A DNA stretch of 64,000 nt from Neoechinorhynchus agilis. Taxonomy: Eukaryota; Animalia; Acanthocephala. Made by a program: the position numbers and the translations under genes. The notes below the pieces were generated by a model. The model was not told where the DNA came from. It was given only the letters and a program-made list of their open reading frames with translations, and did no database searches. Location of the stretch: assembly GCA_051530055.1 (NCBI GenBank), contig CM121341.1, positions 9,464,784-9,528,783 of the forward strand, given 5' to 3'. Shown here piece by piece: positions 25,247 through 37,259 of the stretch (positions are counted from its first letter, which is position 1; each line of letters opens with the position of its first letter).

Positions 25247-25514
25247 CGTCGACCCGACGGAATTTCGGTCTTTCCGTGGCGGGAGGGCAAATGCCTTCTC
25301 TGGGACGCCACGTCCCTCACAGTAAGCAACATTCCGTACTCTCTCGAAATCGCTGGAGGTGCAGCGGAAGGGAGGATAATACGAAAATATAGGGATTTAG
25401 CAAGGGCCCACTATTTTGTCCCCTTCGGAGTAGAGACGTATGGAGCGCTTGGCAGCTCGGCACTTACTTTGCTTCAAGATCTCTCGAAGAAATTGAGAGA
25501 AACGACCGGCGACG
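25247..25514 (+). repeat. 268 bp direct copy of 21963-22230 (CRE RLE) at a rearrangement junction
   Basis: Identical by eye to 21963-22230; it lies between the RTE RT fragment and the inverted duplication. Confidence 0.9.
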
Positions 25515-27335
25515 GGCGCAGCTCCTTTGGCTGTGAAATTATTTTTTTCCAATTTTGATAATGAAAATACGACGTGAGACATTAATCTTTCGCTAAGCGT
25601 AAGGAGAGCAGTTTAGTATCGTTCGGGCCAAATGAACGATACTATCATGGGCTAGTAAATTAAAAATTTTGGAACCAGAACTGGAATTCGAAGACGCCAA
25701 TTTTGGATTATTTGACCAAACCTCAAGAATATATAATCCAGAGTCAAATCCACTCTGTTTGCGATTTTTTTCCGAAAAATTATTGTTGGGGGGATATCTT
25801 TGAGGGAACCCTAAGAGTGAAATTCAAAAATAGAATTTAATATATCCTCAAACGACGAAACCTTAAGCCAGCCTGTTATTTTATATTTCCTAGAAAGATT
25901 GCTCTTCTTTTTAGGAGTTTTCATGTACGATCGGAGGTTTTGTACAGGAGATGATCGATTGGGTGTCTTTCCTTGTTCTCCGGTTATTAAGGAAAGATTG
26001 GGCTCGAGGGAGGAAAGATTTTTAGTAGAGGGCGGTACGAGCGAGGGGGAATAAAAAGATTGGGGTTACGGGTAATTACGAGGGAAGAGTATTTAGAGAT
26101 GAGGGAAGAAAATTGTGGAGGGTTCCCTACTATTCGTCAGGACACAAACTGAGCGGGATACTGAAAGTGAGATCATCACAGCTTACGGAGATGCGTGGTA
26201 TATTCGATGAACTGTAAGGATTGCGACCAAGTCAATGTTGGACAGACAAAACAGGGGATGCGAAAAAGAGTAGAGAAACATGAGTATCCGCTACGACGAG
26301 GTGACGTGTCATCAGCTTTGTTCAATCACGCTATCAACAACGACCACAGAATCGATTTTGAAAATGCGTTTACAAGGATGGCCGAGAGGAACCAACAGAG
26401 CAGGTTGATAAACGAGGCTCTGCTCATTGATATGGAGGACACAATGGAAGGGAACAAGAGCAATCATTCTCTAAGATTTCCGACGAGGAATCTCCATTTG
26501 TCTTTTGTGCAGGGGGTGAAACATCACCTCGGGAATCGACGATCCCGCGCACTCGAGTCAAGGCTCACGTCCATTTTTAGATGCTTGGGGAGGAGGCTGA
26601 GACCTTGAAAATTCACAAGATTGATTTCAATAATAAAGCTCGAGTGTGTTACAATTCGCCATTGAGAATATTTTGGTAACTTTATTTATTTTAACTTAAC
26701 TTCACTTTTTAAATGTAGTCGATATAGTACATAAGTAGCTGGATTTTAAAATAAAATCATTTTAATTTCTCCGCCAGAATACAACCGAAATAATGACTGT
26801 TTCAATTGAAATCAGCAAGTTCGTTTAGGCGTTTTTAAATTCTGGCATTTAATGACAAGAATCGTTTTGCGAAATTTCAGAACTTAAAAACAGCAAAATA
26901 AATCTATTCAAGGCAACTAGTCATCCGCCTTCGTCAGTTTTCTAAAATAGTCAGAAAATCCAACAAACTAAACACAAAACGTATTTCGTGTTCAAGCCCG
27001 GACTGTACAATAATCACCCTCTTCTTCGGCACAATCCCGCAGGATCCTACTGCAGACTTAATGTGTGAGTTCTGTTGCGCACGGATACTCTCGAAATTAA
27101 CCCCTAAACACTCAATCACTGAAGTAAGCACACAACTTCGAACTCAAACCGAATCCGACACTATCATTACTGTACCGGACGCTAAATCGGCCCCTCCCCC
27201 CAAACAAAATAACAATCAAATCAGCTTCATCTTTCATCCAATCGACCATTGCAAAGGATGGCACTCTTGACGTGTTCTCAATGTTTGGACACTCAGAATC
27301 CTCGAACCGGCCCTGACTCGCCCACCGCGCTCGCC
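25514..27335. repeat. Inverted duplication of 1426-5899 with 2582-5326 missing; includes Penelope GIY-YIG/pLTR (26121-26670, +)
   Basis: 25514-26122 is the reverse complement of ~5327-5899; 26121-27335 is the reverse complement of 1426-2581. Small insertions at ~25725-25760 and ~27005-27060. Confidence 0.92.
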
Positions 27336-27641
27336 CAGCAAAAATAAAATCGCCTTCGTTAAACCCGAGGGAGAGCAGGAACCGCAAGATTCACTACTGA
27401 TTTATTTCAAATTCTTCGCGTTTGATAATTCCGACATTCTGTCAAGATTTTTCATTGTTTGTTATAAAAAAACGCACAATATCAACAAATAATGACAAAC
27501 CTCGGGAGAATGTCGGAATTAACAAACCGGCAGGGGCAGCAAAAGAAAGTTTCCATGTTCCCATTAAAAACTACTTTCGAAAATGGGAAACTAAAGATTT
27601 TTATTAAAGATAGCAGATATCGAGGTCATCAAACTTCAAAA

Positions 27642-27979
27642 TTATTGAACATTTTTCAAGCACCGCAGCTCCTCGTGGAGTTTCAAACATTCAAGTGAAC
27701 AATACCTCATCCGACACCGGGCACAGGAATAAGACGCCGGTTTAAGACATGCAGAACAGATACGAACGATTGGTGGATATCTTGAAGGCGGCGCTGTGGC
27801 CATATGATAAAGAATTACCTGCGGATCGATTTCATCCCTGTTTTCTTCAGGATTAATTGTAAAGAGATCACGCTTGTCATGACGTCGTCTTTGTTTCTTC
27901 ATCCTGAAAAAATTACAGTTGAACCGCGTCCATTATCCATCAGTCCTCATGACCGAAAAAACGCAATTCTTCCGTTCAT
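27642..27979 (-). CDS. ZNHIT1: HIT zinc-finger protein, ZNHIT1/Vps71/Swc6-like (SWR1/SRCAP subunit)
   Basis: YHMATAPPSRYPPIVRICSACLKPASYSCARCRMRYCSLECLKLHEELRCLK. A possible first exon at 27954-27979 joins in frame via a 50 nt GT-AG intron (27904-27953). Confidence 0.82.
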
Positions 27980-28039
27980 GTTTCTATCCCTCCATTTTTA
28001 GTTATCAATAGGGAGAACGATAGAAATAAGATAACTTTT

Positions 28040-28520
28040 ATCCTGACATCACTTTGTCCTTATTGGCCTCATTATTTTATTTTAGTTTCAGACTTCTAAA
28101 TATTGAATGTTACATTAATTTAATATCATATTCTTCCGTGTAAATCACTGGAAAGACGATAATAATAAAGTAATTTTTATCGTGACGTCACTTTGTCCTT
28201 TATTGGCCTCATTATTTTATGTTAGTTACAGACTCTTCTAAATATTGAATGTTACATTAATTTAATATCATATTCTTCCGTGTAAATCACTTGAAAAACG
28301 CTGCAAATAAAATAATTTTTATCCTAACGTCACTTTGTCCTTTATTGGCCTCATTATTTTATGTTAGTTTCAGATTCTTTTCTAAATATTCACCATTAAA
28401 TTCATTTAGTATAAAATTCTTCCGTGTAAATCACTTGAAAAACGATGCAAATAAAATAATTTTTAACCTGAAGTCACTTTGTCCTTTATTGGCCTCATTA
28501 TTTTATGTTAGATTCCGATT
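28040..28520. repeat. Tandem array, ~143 bp monomer (~3.3 copies)
   Basis: ttccgtgtaaatcac recurs at 28134, 28276 and 28420; same family as 35490-36575. Confidence 0.92.
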
Positions 28521-28898
28521 CATTGGATTCTCGGGGGGTTTGCAAACGTTTATAAAAAATCTCTTAACCCTAAATTGCTTTTGCAGTTTAAAGAAGACTA
28601 TCTTGCTGTACAAATTTTTCCGTAGACAATTTTTTAACGTTTAAGGACCCTAAATTGATTTTATGCAATCTCTACATCCCCCAAGAAAAGTGAACAAATT
28701 TTTGAAAGAGGAAAGACAATTGATAATAGACTAGAATCCTGACATAATTTTAGGAGACTAACTCCGATTCGCTTACAGCGTTTGAAAAATGGTCAAACGT
28801 TTTTAATTTCTAAGTCCTTTCCCTCCTTCCACAATTATGCGAAAAATGCACACTTTTACCTAGATGCTTGCCTGATTTAAAAAGAATTTAATATTTCC

Positions 28899-30420
28899 GT
28901 GAGAGTGAGGGCTCAAATTTTAGATAAGAAATCCATAGGGCGTGATCTTATTCTGTTCGAATCCGGTCAACTAGATTTAAAAACCAGAATCGTTTTCAAT
29001 TTAAATAACGTAAATAATTTTAAACTTCAAATTAAATCAAAAGTGTCTTTACAAAGGCTTAAATTATCAGAAGTTATTGACATCATCTCCAAAGCGACTA
29101 ATGATAATCTAACCACCTTTTGCCATTTAAAAAGATGGAGACCCTCGAAGCTCACTAATTCATTTATGAGATTATCCATTATAAATGAGTTAAAAGGGAA
29201 TCTGGCACTAAGTAAATTTTACAGATCGGAATTTTATAAACATCTAACGAATAAAAACTTAGATAGAGATAAGAAAAAATTAGCGACATTAAAAACCATG
29301 TCATCAAGCTACTGGAATACTCTTCTTAATAAAAAAAATGGATCGATTGGAAGCAAAAAGCGGCTAATTGGATAGGGACGATTTCACATCCAGAGGTAGT
29401 TAGTCAAATACTTTATAGGAACCTGTTTGGAGTTGCTTCCTCTCCCACTTGGTTTCCCGACAATATTATTGACTTAATAGAAATTTCAAAAGAGGATATT
29501 TGTCAGTATGGGATAGATGTGTTTCTAACGCCAACAACGATCTTTCCTGCTCGCCCAAAGTGCTTCAGGTGCTCAGTTCGATTAATACAGAACTTATATT
29601 ACAAAATTGGAATAGAAGGCTATCTTTTCAATAGGGTGCGAAAAATAATTATTCCCAAAAATGATAAAATAATTTCAAGTCCTGGGAATGTTAGACTCAT
29701 ATCTATTCAAAACCCGTTAATTTCGATTTAGTTAACAAAAATCTTATCACACCTAATTTTCATGGGTTTGCCCCGGGTAAGGGAGTTAACTCTTGATTAT
29801 ACGAGTTGCAAAGTTTTAATGATCAAATCATTGGAGTAAATATAGTCCTTGTTCAACTAGATATTAACAAGGCATTTGACGCGATCAATCGCACTTTTAC
29901 TTATGAGGATATGGATGGCTTAAGAATCCCTAAAAAACAAACCCAATTTTTATTTGAATCAAAATCGTAACCCAAACAAATCAATTTTTTACTCGAAATC
30001 TGGTGTGCTTCTAGGCTCCCCCCTTTCCCCTACTCTTTTCCTTATAGGAATGATTAAAATTTTAAAACAATTAAACAGGAAATATTGTAAATATTGGGCC
30101 TATGCGGATGATTTATTTTTCTTAGTTTTTAATAAAAAAAGGGAAAAGCTTATTAATCTTATTGGAGATCCTATTAACTTAGATTGCATTTTAAAGAGAG
30201 CAAATCTCGCTGTAAATAGACAAAAAAACCTTAATTATCCCCTTAACAAAGACGCCGAGTGTGAGAGCAAAACTCACTACGCTACTATGCGAAAATGATT
30301 TAACCAATGCTTGCTCTATTAAAAACTGTTTCAGGATATTAGAGATCAACTTTCGGGCTAGCAATAAAAGAACGATTCTAAATTCCAAGACTGTGCTGGA
30401 GATTAATTAGACTTAACATT
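28899..30420 (+). mobile_element. Very AT-rich decayed LINE RT
   Basis: IIIPKN..PGNVRLISI; HGFAPGK; VQLDINKAFDAINR; SGVLLGSPLSPTLF; WAYADDLFF; broken by stops and frameshifts. Confidence 0.8.
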
Positions 30421-31474
30421 CCACATTTAAAAAATCTACCTATTTTTAAAACCCTTTTGGGCGGTTTTTTTGGCAGAGGTAGCCCACCGAACCTTAGGCT
30501 AACTTTTGCCAAAATTGTTTATTAAAAAAGTAAATAATATCTTTAGTAACAAAGGTAGAACCATTTGTAATTAAACTTTTAGTGTGAACGAGCGATTGGA
30601 GTCTTTCCTATGGAAGACTTTTTTAACCAACATTTTCATGTATGATAGTGTTAATAAAGAATGTTTTGTCAATGCCAGCTAGCAAGATATACGAGTGACA
30701 GATAGTCATATGAGCCGTTTGTTATTCTATATTTTCGTTATCTATGCATTTCCACATAATTCATAATTTGTATATCCTAAACCTTTTGTTATTTGGGAAA
30801 GGATATCCCGATTCTTATAAGACTGCAGAGCGTGCCGGAATATCTCGCTAGAGATATTCCTTTTGTTGTTTCATTGTTTTGTTGCTCCGAGATCAGCCAA
30901 ACGGAAGAGTCAGGAATATTTGCAGCGAGAACAAGATGGAATCACTTGGAATACATAACTCTTTTTTTGTTTTGAGCGAATTTGTATGCTGCATACTTAA
31001 ATAAATTAAGATCCAAGTACTTTTAATGCTACATTCATCAAATTGTGGCCATCTTCAAGAAAGTGTTCCGAGTAAAAGTATACCCGACTTTTCTTTAGCC
31101 AAAGGTTGAGGTATCATGAAGACATTGTCGCATTTTGACGCTCGTGTTAAATGTTGTAATATTTTTTAGACTAAATAGTCACTTGTCCAACACTTTCATA
31201 CATCCATGCAAAAATCGTAGGTTCTCAAGTCTCTCTTATAACGACTTATCGCTAAAAATAACGACATTTTTCCAAAGTGTTTGATTTATACGAGTTCAGT
31301 AGATCAATTCTTCATATCGCTCTTGTGGAGTTTAATCAATATTTCAAGAATGTAGCGTTCATCTTGAAATTTATCACCAAAAACAGTCAACGGCAGTTGG
31401 TGCATTCCCATTTTAATTTACAACATAATCGTGAAACATATGATTTCGTTCGTCTTTGGACAGTCAAAATCATC

Positions 31475-31705
31475 ATGAACAAGATCTTTTCCTTGCCTTT
31501 AATCGTAGTGTTCTGTGTTGTTTTATCCGAATCCAGCAACAGATTTACTTATCAACCTTATTGGAAATATTTGAATGAAGAACGATGGATTAATCGTTAT
31601 CTTTGCGTTTACCCAGAAAATATCTTTAATGGGAAGCCAGATTTCGGCTCAACGGAGTCGAGGAGAAATTATGCTAAAGGAGGTTATTCAACTGGTAAAT
31701 GCTGA
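31475..31705 (+). CDS. Hypothetical secreted/surface protein exon
   Basis: MNKIFSLPLIVVFCVVLSES looks like a signal peptide; gtaaat donor near 31695. A downstream W..GDYRC segment at ~32280-32430 could be an Ig-like exon. Confidence 0.3.
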   Translation: MNKIFSLPLIVVFCVVLSESSNRFTYQPYWKYLNEERWINRYLCVYPENIFNGKPDFGSTESRRNYAKGGYSTGKC

Positions 31706-33169
31706 AATTCTGCATCTATTTACGTGATCTACAAGAGTAGATGGCATTTCTCTGCACTGATAGCGGTATTCATATTGTTGTATGTCGTTAGTTCCAATTG
31801 AAATTCTTGTGATTTTTGTGGAACAAGATGCTAAATGCTGGTTGATTTAGAGAATTCCCATGGTATTTTGAGTTGGTACTATTTTGGGTTGCGATGAAGT
31901 ATACTTCGATTTTAAAGATTCAGAAAATCAGCAATGCATGCCGAAGAGGTTTTAATTCGGTGTCCTGTGTAATTCAGTACAAGAAAAGTCTTGTAAGTGA
32001 TTGAGAGACGTACGACTATTATAATTATGGCTTTGCTAAATGTAAAATCGTCTCGCGGAGGTCGCGAATTCGAATTTATTATATAAGTCAATATTAGATT
32101 TCTCAGTTGAGCATCTGAATTTATTCATCTAGATTAATACTCATTAAAGTTTGGAGGCGAAGTCGGTACTCACGTTCTCTTTATCATTACATGTGTTTAT
32201 TCGCTCGAAAATTAAATAATTCATTGTAAACTAAACTATTATATTAAAATCTAGCAAAATAAATGGGATGTTTATTACGAATGGTTCAAAAATTGTTCAA
32301 CTTCTGCCGATGGATTCAGAATATTGGGAGTGACACAGCGAGATTGGCCTTGGGCATCCATGGGAGATTATAGATGTCGACGTTTACTTTTAAGAGTAGA
32401 TCTTTTCAGGTGGTGCGGAAAGGTAAAACAGAATCCTTTTTTCTGGTTAATAATTCGTCGCTTCCTGTAGTGTCCAACCCGTCAAATCACAAAGGTATTC
32501 TATATGGAACGCACCAAGAGCATCGGAATTTTACTATGTTTTTTAGACGAAACGTGTATCACAAAGTATAGTATTGAATGGAAAGGTGAGAGAAAGTTCG
32601 AATTCGACTTTACTAGATTTCGGCTTAGGTTGATTCATGCAAAATAGTGGATAAAATTAATACAGAAACAGTGAGTCTCTCTGCACAAGTATTTAAAACT
32701 CGAAATAATTTCAATGATGATCTAGGTAAAAACAGTAAAATTTAAATGCAAAGTGAGTAAATCTTTCGATGAATTAAAATTGATGAATTCTGCTAAATCG
32801 ATAGACTGTAAAATTCGAAACCAATGTTACCAAATGGCATAATAAAGTCTATTACGAAATACAATCTATGTAGATTAATATCATTAAATTGTTTGCATCG
32901 TACGCAGCGGGAAAACTCTTAAAATTCATGCGAGTTTAGTGCAATAAAGTTATGCAATTCATTGATTGGTTGCCTTGGCATGAAAGCATATTCAAATAAA
33001 AAATTAGACGGAAAAAACATTTAAAGTTCTGATAATTATGGTCTACGAAAATCAATTGAAAAGCGTTTTTCATGGATCTCACAAATTTGAAGATTTTAAT
33101 TTAATGACGTTTAATTTTTTTTATAAACAATTTTTTTTAAGCAAGCATACATAATTTATAGTTTCTTCG

Positions 33170-33541
33170 ACGCTCCTATTCATCGGCGCTGGCCAAAATG
33201 CTGGCCGCATTGCCCCGCTGCACCGCAATGCTTATTTTTGCACCAAGAACGACCTCGATCTTGGCTCTCCAGTCGCTGCGTAAATTCGTTTCCCCAAGTC
33301 CTTCAGGAGGGCCAGTTCTGACCCTCCCAAGGTACGTTTCCACACCGAAGGGGACAAAATGGTAATTTCGGATTAGCTCCCTGTATTTTGAGCATTTCGG
33401 ATCCTCTGCAGCCGTCGCCGCTCCTCCTGGACCTTTTTTCGAGTGGCTGATGTTGGAGTTTGCCAACGTGTCCACACACGTTGCATCCCACAACAAACAT
33501 TTTCCCTTCCGCCAAGGAAATACGGTCACGCCAACTTTCAT
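33170..33541 (-). mobile_element. CRE-clade RLE fragment
   Basis: PWRKGKCLLWDATCVDTLA..KY.ELI..FVPFGVET..ISIAVQRGNAASIL. Confidence 0.88.
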
Positions 33542-33599
33542 CTATCGCTTGAATTTTAAAACGTGCCACGATTGCAAAGCACCACATAATTTTTTAGTG

Positions 33600-35435
33600 C
33601 CTAAACCTTTTGGCTCTTATGATCACGATTGTCCTTGGAAAAGTGGTTTTGAATGTGACTTGGATGATGACGTGTATAGTTTTTACACGATATTCGAAAC
33701 GATGTGGCGTTTGTTTTTGGAATATTAAAACATGTCATCTGGCGATGAGGATGTCCGAACCCGAATGAAGACAATCGAGGATATTCTGATAAATCAACAG
33801 TTGATACAGTTGTTGACACGGGAAGCCAAGCCCAAATCCGGCAATATGAACGACAAGAATATTACGGGATTCGAGTGGGCTTCCTATGAGATGCAACTAG
33901 AGAAACATTTTGAATACTGCGGAGTAAGTGACGACTCTATTAAACAAGCATGTTTACTCGCCTGGATGGAATCGAGTGTATTCTCAACGATTCGATAACG
34001 TTTAGGAGTAAAGAAGCCGTCGGAATGCACATACTCAGAACTACTGGGAGTATTGAGAAACGTTTTCCGAAGTGAAATTCATGAAATCGCAACTCGATAC
34101 AAATTTTTCAATATGGTATCGAAGGACGAACCTACCGTGAGTGGGTAGCTGACCTGAGGGGTGCAGCGAATGGTTGCCAGTTCTTCAAGGAGAAAATGGC
34201 TAATGAATAGGAAGCGACCGAAGTATACATAAGAGATGCGATCATAATGAATACGCCCCATGACGAGATCAGGAGAACGGCTTTCCATAAAAAGGACCTA
34301 TCGCTCAAAGACCTGTTAGAAATAACGGATGCATACGAGAGTGCGAAAGAGGCACTAAAGATCATGCCGAAGATAGAAAGAAAAGATCAATCAGACCCAG
34401 AAGTGTTGAAGGTGAGTACTTGGAGTCACAAGGGGCGGCAGATGGAGAGGACGAACAGCGACGAACAAGGTAAGTCTGCGACAATGATCGTCAAGACCTG
34501 TCTACACTGTGGCCGAAAGCACAATGATGTTTCGAGGTGCCGAGCCAAGACAATGGTGTGCTACAAATGCAACAGAGTGGGTCATTTGTCACGTTGCTGT
34601 AAGACCTCTCGTATGGTTCAACAGATAATTGGACAGGATTCGAGCGACGATGAAGCGATTGTGCGATGCATTAGAACCGTAAAGAGAAGAAAAAAGCGGA
34701 AATTCGCGCGAAAATCAACGGGATCCCGATCTCTATGGAATTCGATACAGGAGCTGCTGAGTCCATCATTATTCGAAATATATGGGCGAAGCTGGGAAAG
34801 CCAAAATTAGGAGAAGCTCCTTCAATCAGAGCGTTTGGTGGCACGAAGATTGATACTCTTGGGTCATGCAATGTGCAGGTGACGCTAGCTAATCGAACGG
34901 AAACGCTCAACGTCATTGTGATCTCGGGCGTAGAAAGGCCAATCTTCGGATTACTTTGGATGCTCAAATTCGATTTAACGATTCCTGCAGCACGGATTGT
35001 TGATGTCCACAAAATTCGAGAAAACGGTACGTCAACGAACGAAACGGGGGATCTATCCGATGCGAAGAAAATCGAGGCTTTGATGAGGAACGAATTCTAG
35101 ACGGTATTTTATGGAAAACCGGGGCAGCAACAAATTTCGAAGTAAGCCTGTCGGCCATTAAGAACCAAGAAGGTACGACGTGGAAGGCTAGAAGAGTGCC
35201 TTTCGCTCTCTATGAACCTCTTGAGAAAGATTTGGAGTGATTAGTCTCGAATGGTACTCTGATCCCAGTGGACGTGACAAAGGAGGATCTCAAGTGGGCG
35301 ACGCCCATTGTAGTCGTACGAAAACCGAACGGGAAAGTAAGGGTCCGCGGAGACTTTAGAGTCACGCTGAACAAACTTATGAAAGTAGATTCCTTACAAA
35401 CACCAACATTCGAGGAGGTGACGTAGAAGTTAGCC
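33600..35435 (+). mobile_element. Gypsy LTR retrotransposon 5' half: LTR end, PBS, gag, protease, RT start (decayed)
   Basis: ...tgtca-tc-TGGCGATGAGGAT (33740-33752; tRNA-Ser(GCU)-like PBS); gag WASY..QLEKHF; knuckles CLHCGRKH and CYKCNRVGHLSRCC; protease FDTGAAESII; RT WATPIVVVRKPNGKVRVRGDF. Confidence 0.92.
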
Positions 35436-35489
35436 AAATCTAATTCGATTTAACGATTCCTACAGCACGGATTATTGATGTCCACAAAC

Positions 35490-36575
35490 GTTATCGGCCT
35501 CATTATTTTATGCTAGTTTCAGATTCGCTTCTAAATATTGGATGTTACATTAATTTAACATCATATTCTTCCGTGTAAATCACTGGAAAAACGATAATAA
35601 TAAAGTAATTTTTATCGTGACGTCACTTTGTCCTTATTGGCCTCAGTATTTGATGTTAGATTCCGATTCTTTTCTAAATATTGAATGTTACATTAATTTA
35701 ACATCATATTCTTCCGTGTAAATCACTGGAAAAACGATAATAATAAAATAATTTTTATCGTGACGTCACTTTGTCCTTATTGGCCTCATTATTTTATGTT
35801 AGTTTCAGATTCTTTTCTAAATATTCACCATTAAATTCATTTAATATCGAATTCTTCCGTGTAAATCACTGGAAAGACGATAATAATAAAGTAATTTTTA
35901 TCCTGACGTCACTTTGTCCTTATTGGCCTCATTATTTTATGTTAGATTCCGATTCTTTATCTAAATATTGAATGTTACATTAATTTAATATCACATTCTT
36001 CCGTGTAAATAACTGGAAAGACGATAATAATAAAGTAATTTTTATCCTGACGTCACTTTGTCCTTTATTGGCCTCATTATTTTATGTCTTTTTCATAATC
36101 TTTTCTAAATATTCACCATTAAATTCATTTAGTTTAAAATTCTTCCGTGTAAATCACTGGAAAAACCATAATAATAAGGCAATTTTTATCGTGACGTCAC
36201 TTTGTCCTTATTGGCCTCAGTATTTGATGTTAGATTCCGATTCTTTTCTAAATATTGAATGTTACATTAATTTAACATCATATTCTTCCGTGTAAATCAC
36301 TGGAAAAACGATAATAATAATAAGGTAATTCTTTTCCGTGACGTCACTTTGTCCTTATTGGCCTCATTGTTTTATGCTAGTTTCAGATTCGCTTCTAAAT
36401 ATTGGATGTTACATTAATTTGATATCATATTCTTCCGTGTAAATCACTTGAAAAACGATGCAAATAAAATAATTTTTATCCTAACGTCACTTTGTCCTTT
36501 ATTGGCCTCATTATTTTATGTTAGTTTCAGATTCTTTTCTAAATATTCACCATTAAATTCATTTAATATCGAATT
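35490..36575. repeat. Tandem array, 143-147 bp monomer (~7.5 copies), two subtypes
   Basis: ttccgtgtaaat at 35569, 35712, 35855, 35999, 36143, 36286 and 36433. Confidence 0.95.
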
Positions 36576-36659
36576 CTGGTGTAAGTGCGGTAGATCAAAC
36601 TGTTTCGGATGTTCTCGGAGTGAATTTTTCGATCTTATCGTTGAGCTTCTTTGAAAGTA

Positions 36660-36825
36660 AACAGTTCGACTTTGTATTTTTTCTCATGTAAAATATTACT
36701 TTCCCTAAGATATCTTACCAAGAATATTCCAGACTTAATCACGATGCTATTTAGAAAAAAATCACTTTGGATCAGCAAATTAAAAAAAATCGCAAATATT
36801 TCTCGGTCGAGAATTTCAAAAATAA
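36660..36825 (+). repeat. Dispersed direct repeat, second copy at ~38580-38765
   Basis: Shared ttttttctcatgtaaaata..ctttccctaagatatcttaccaaga and cacgatgctatttagaaaaaaatcactttggatcagcaaat. Confidence 0.8.
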
Positions 36826-37259
36826 AACAAAACCACATGAATAATTGCTCGCGAAATATCTCGATTCAAAATATCTTTTTATCCTTGTTTGAAGATTGAA
36901 TTGTTCATGTTTTTATAAGGTGGAAAAATTGAAATAATACATTGAATCCGATTGTTTTCGGCGCACAATATGAATTTTCGATTTAGGTTCAAATCTACGG
37001 AAGGAGTCGTTTTACGGTCAATTTTTACCGTCCTTAGCGCTTTCGAGTTATCAGAAGTCATGTATTTGGGTTATTTTTAAATGAAGTTACAATCATTCAA
37101 AATAATTAAAGGATGACGTAAAACGGCAGCCCGTTAAATGAATGATTTTTGGAACGTCTATAAATATTTCACTTTTCTTTTATTCCCACAAACCCAATAT
37201 TATTTGAACGCTTATTTTCAAAAATGATTTAATCTTCGTCAATGGTTCCAAATAATAAC

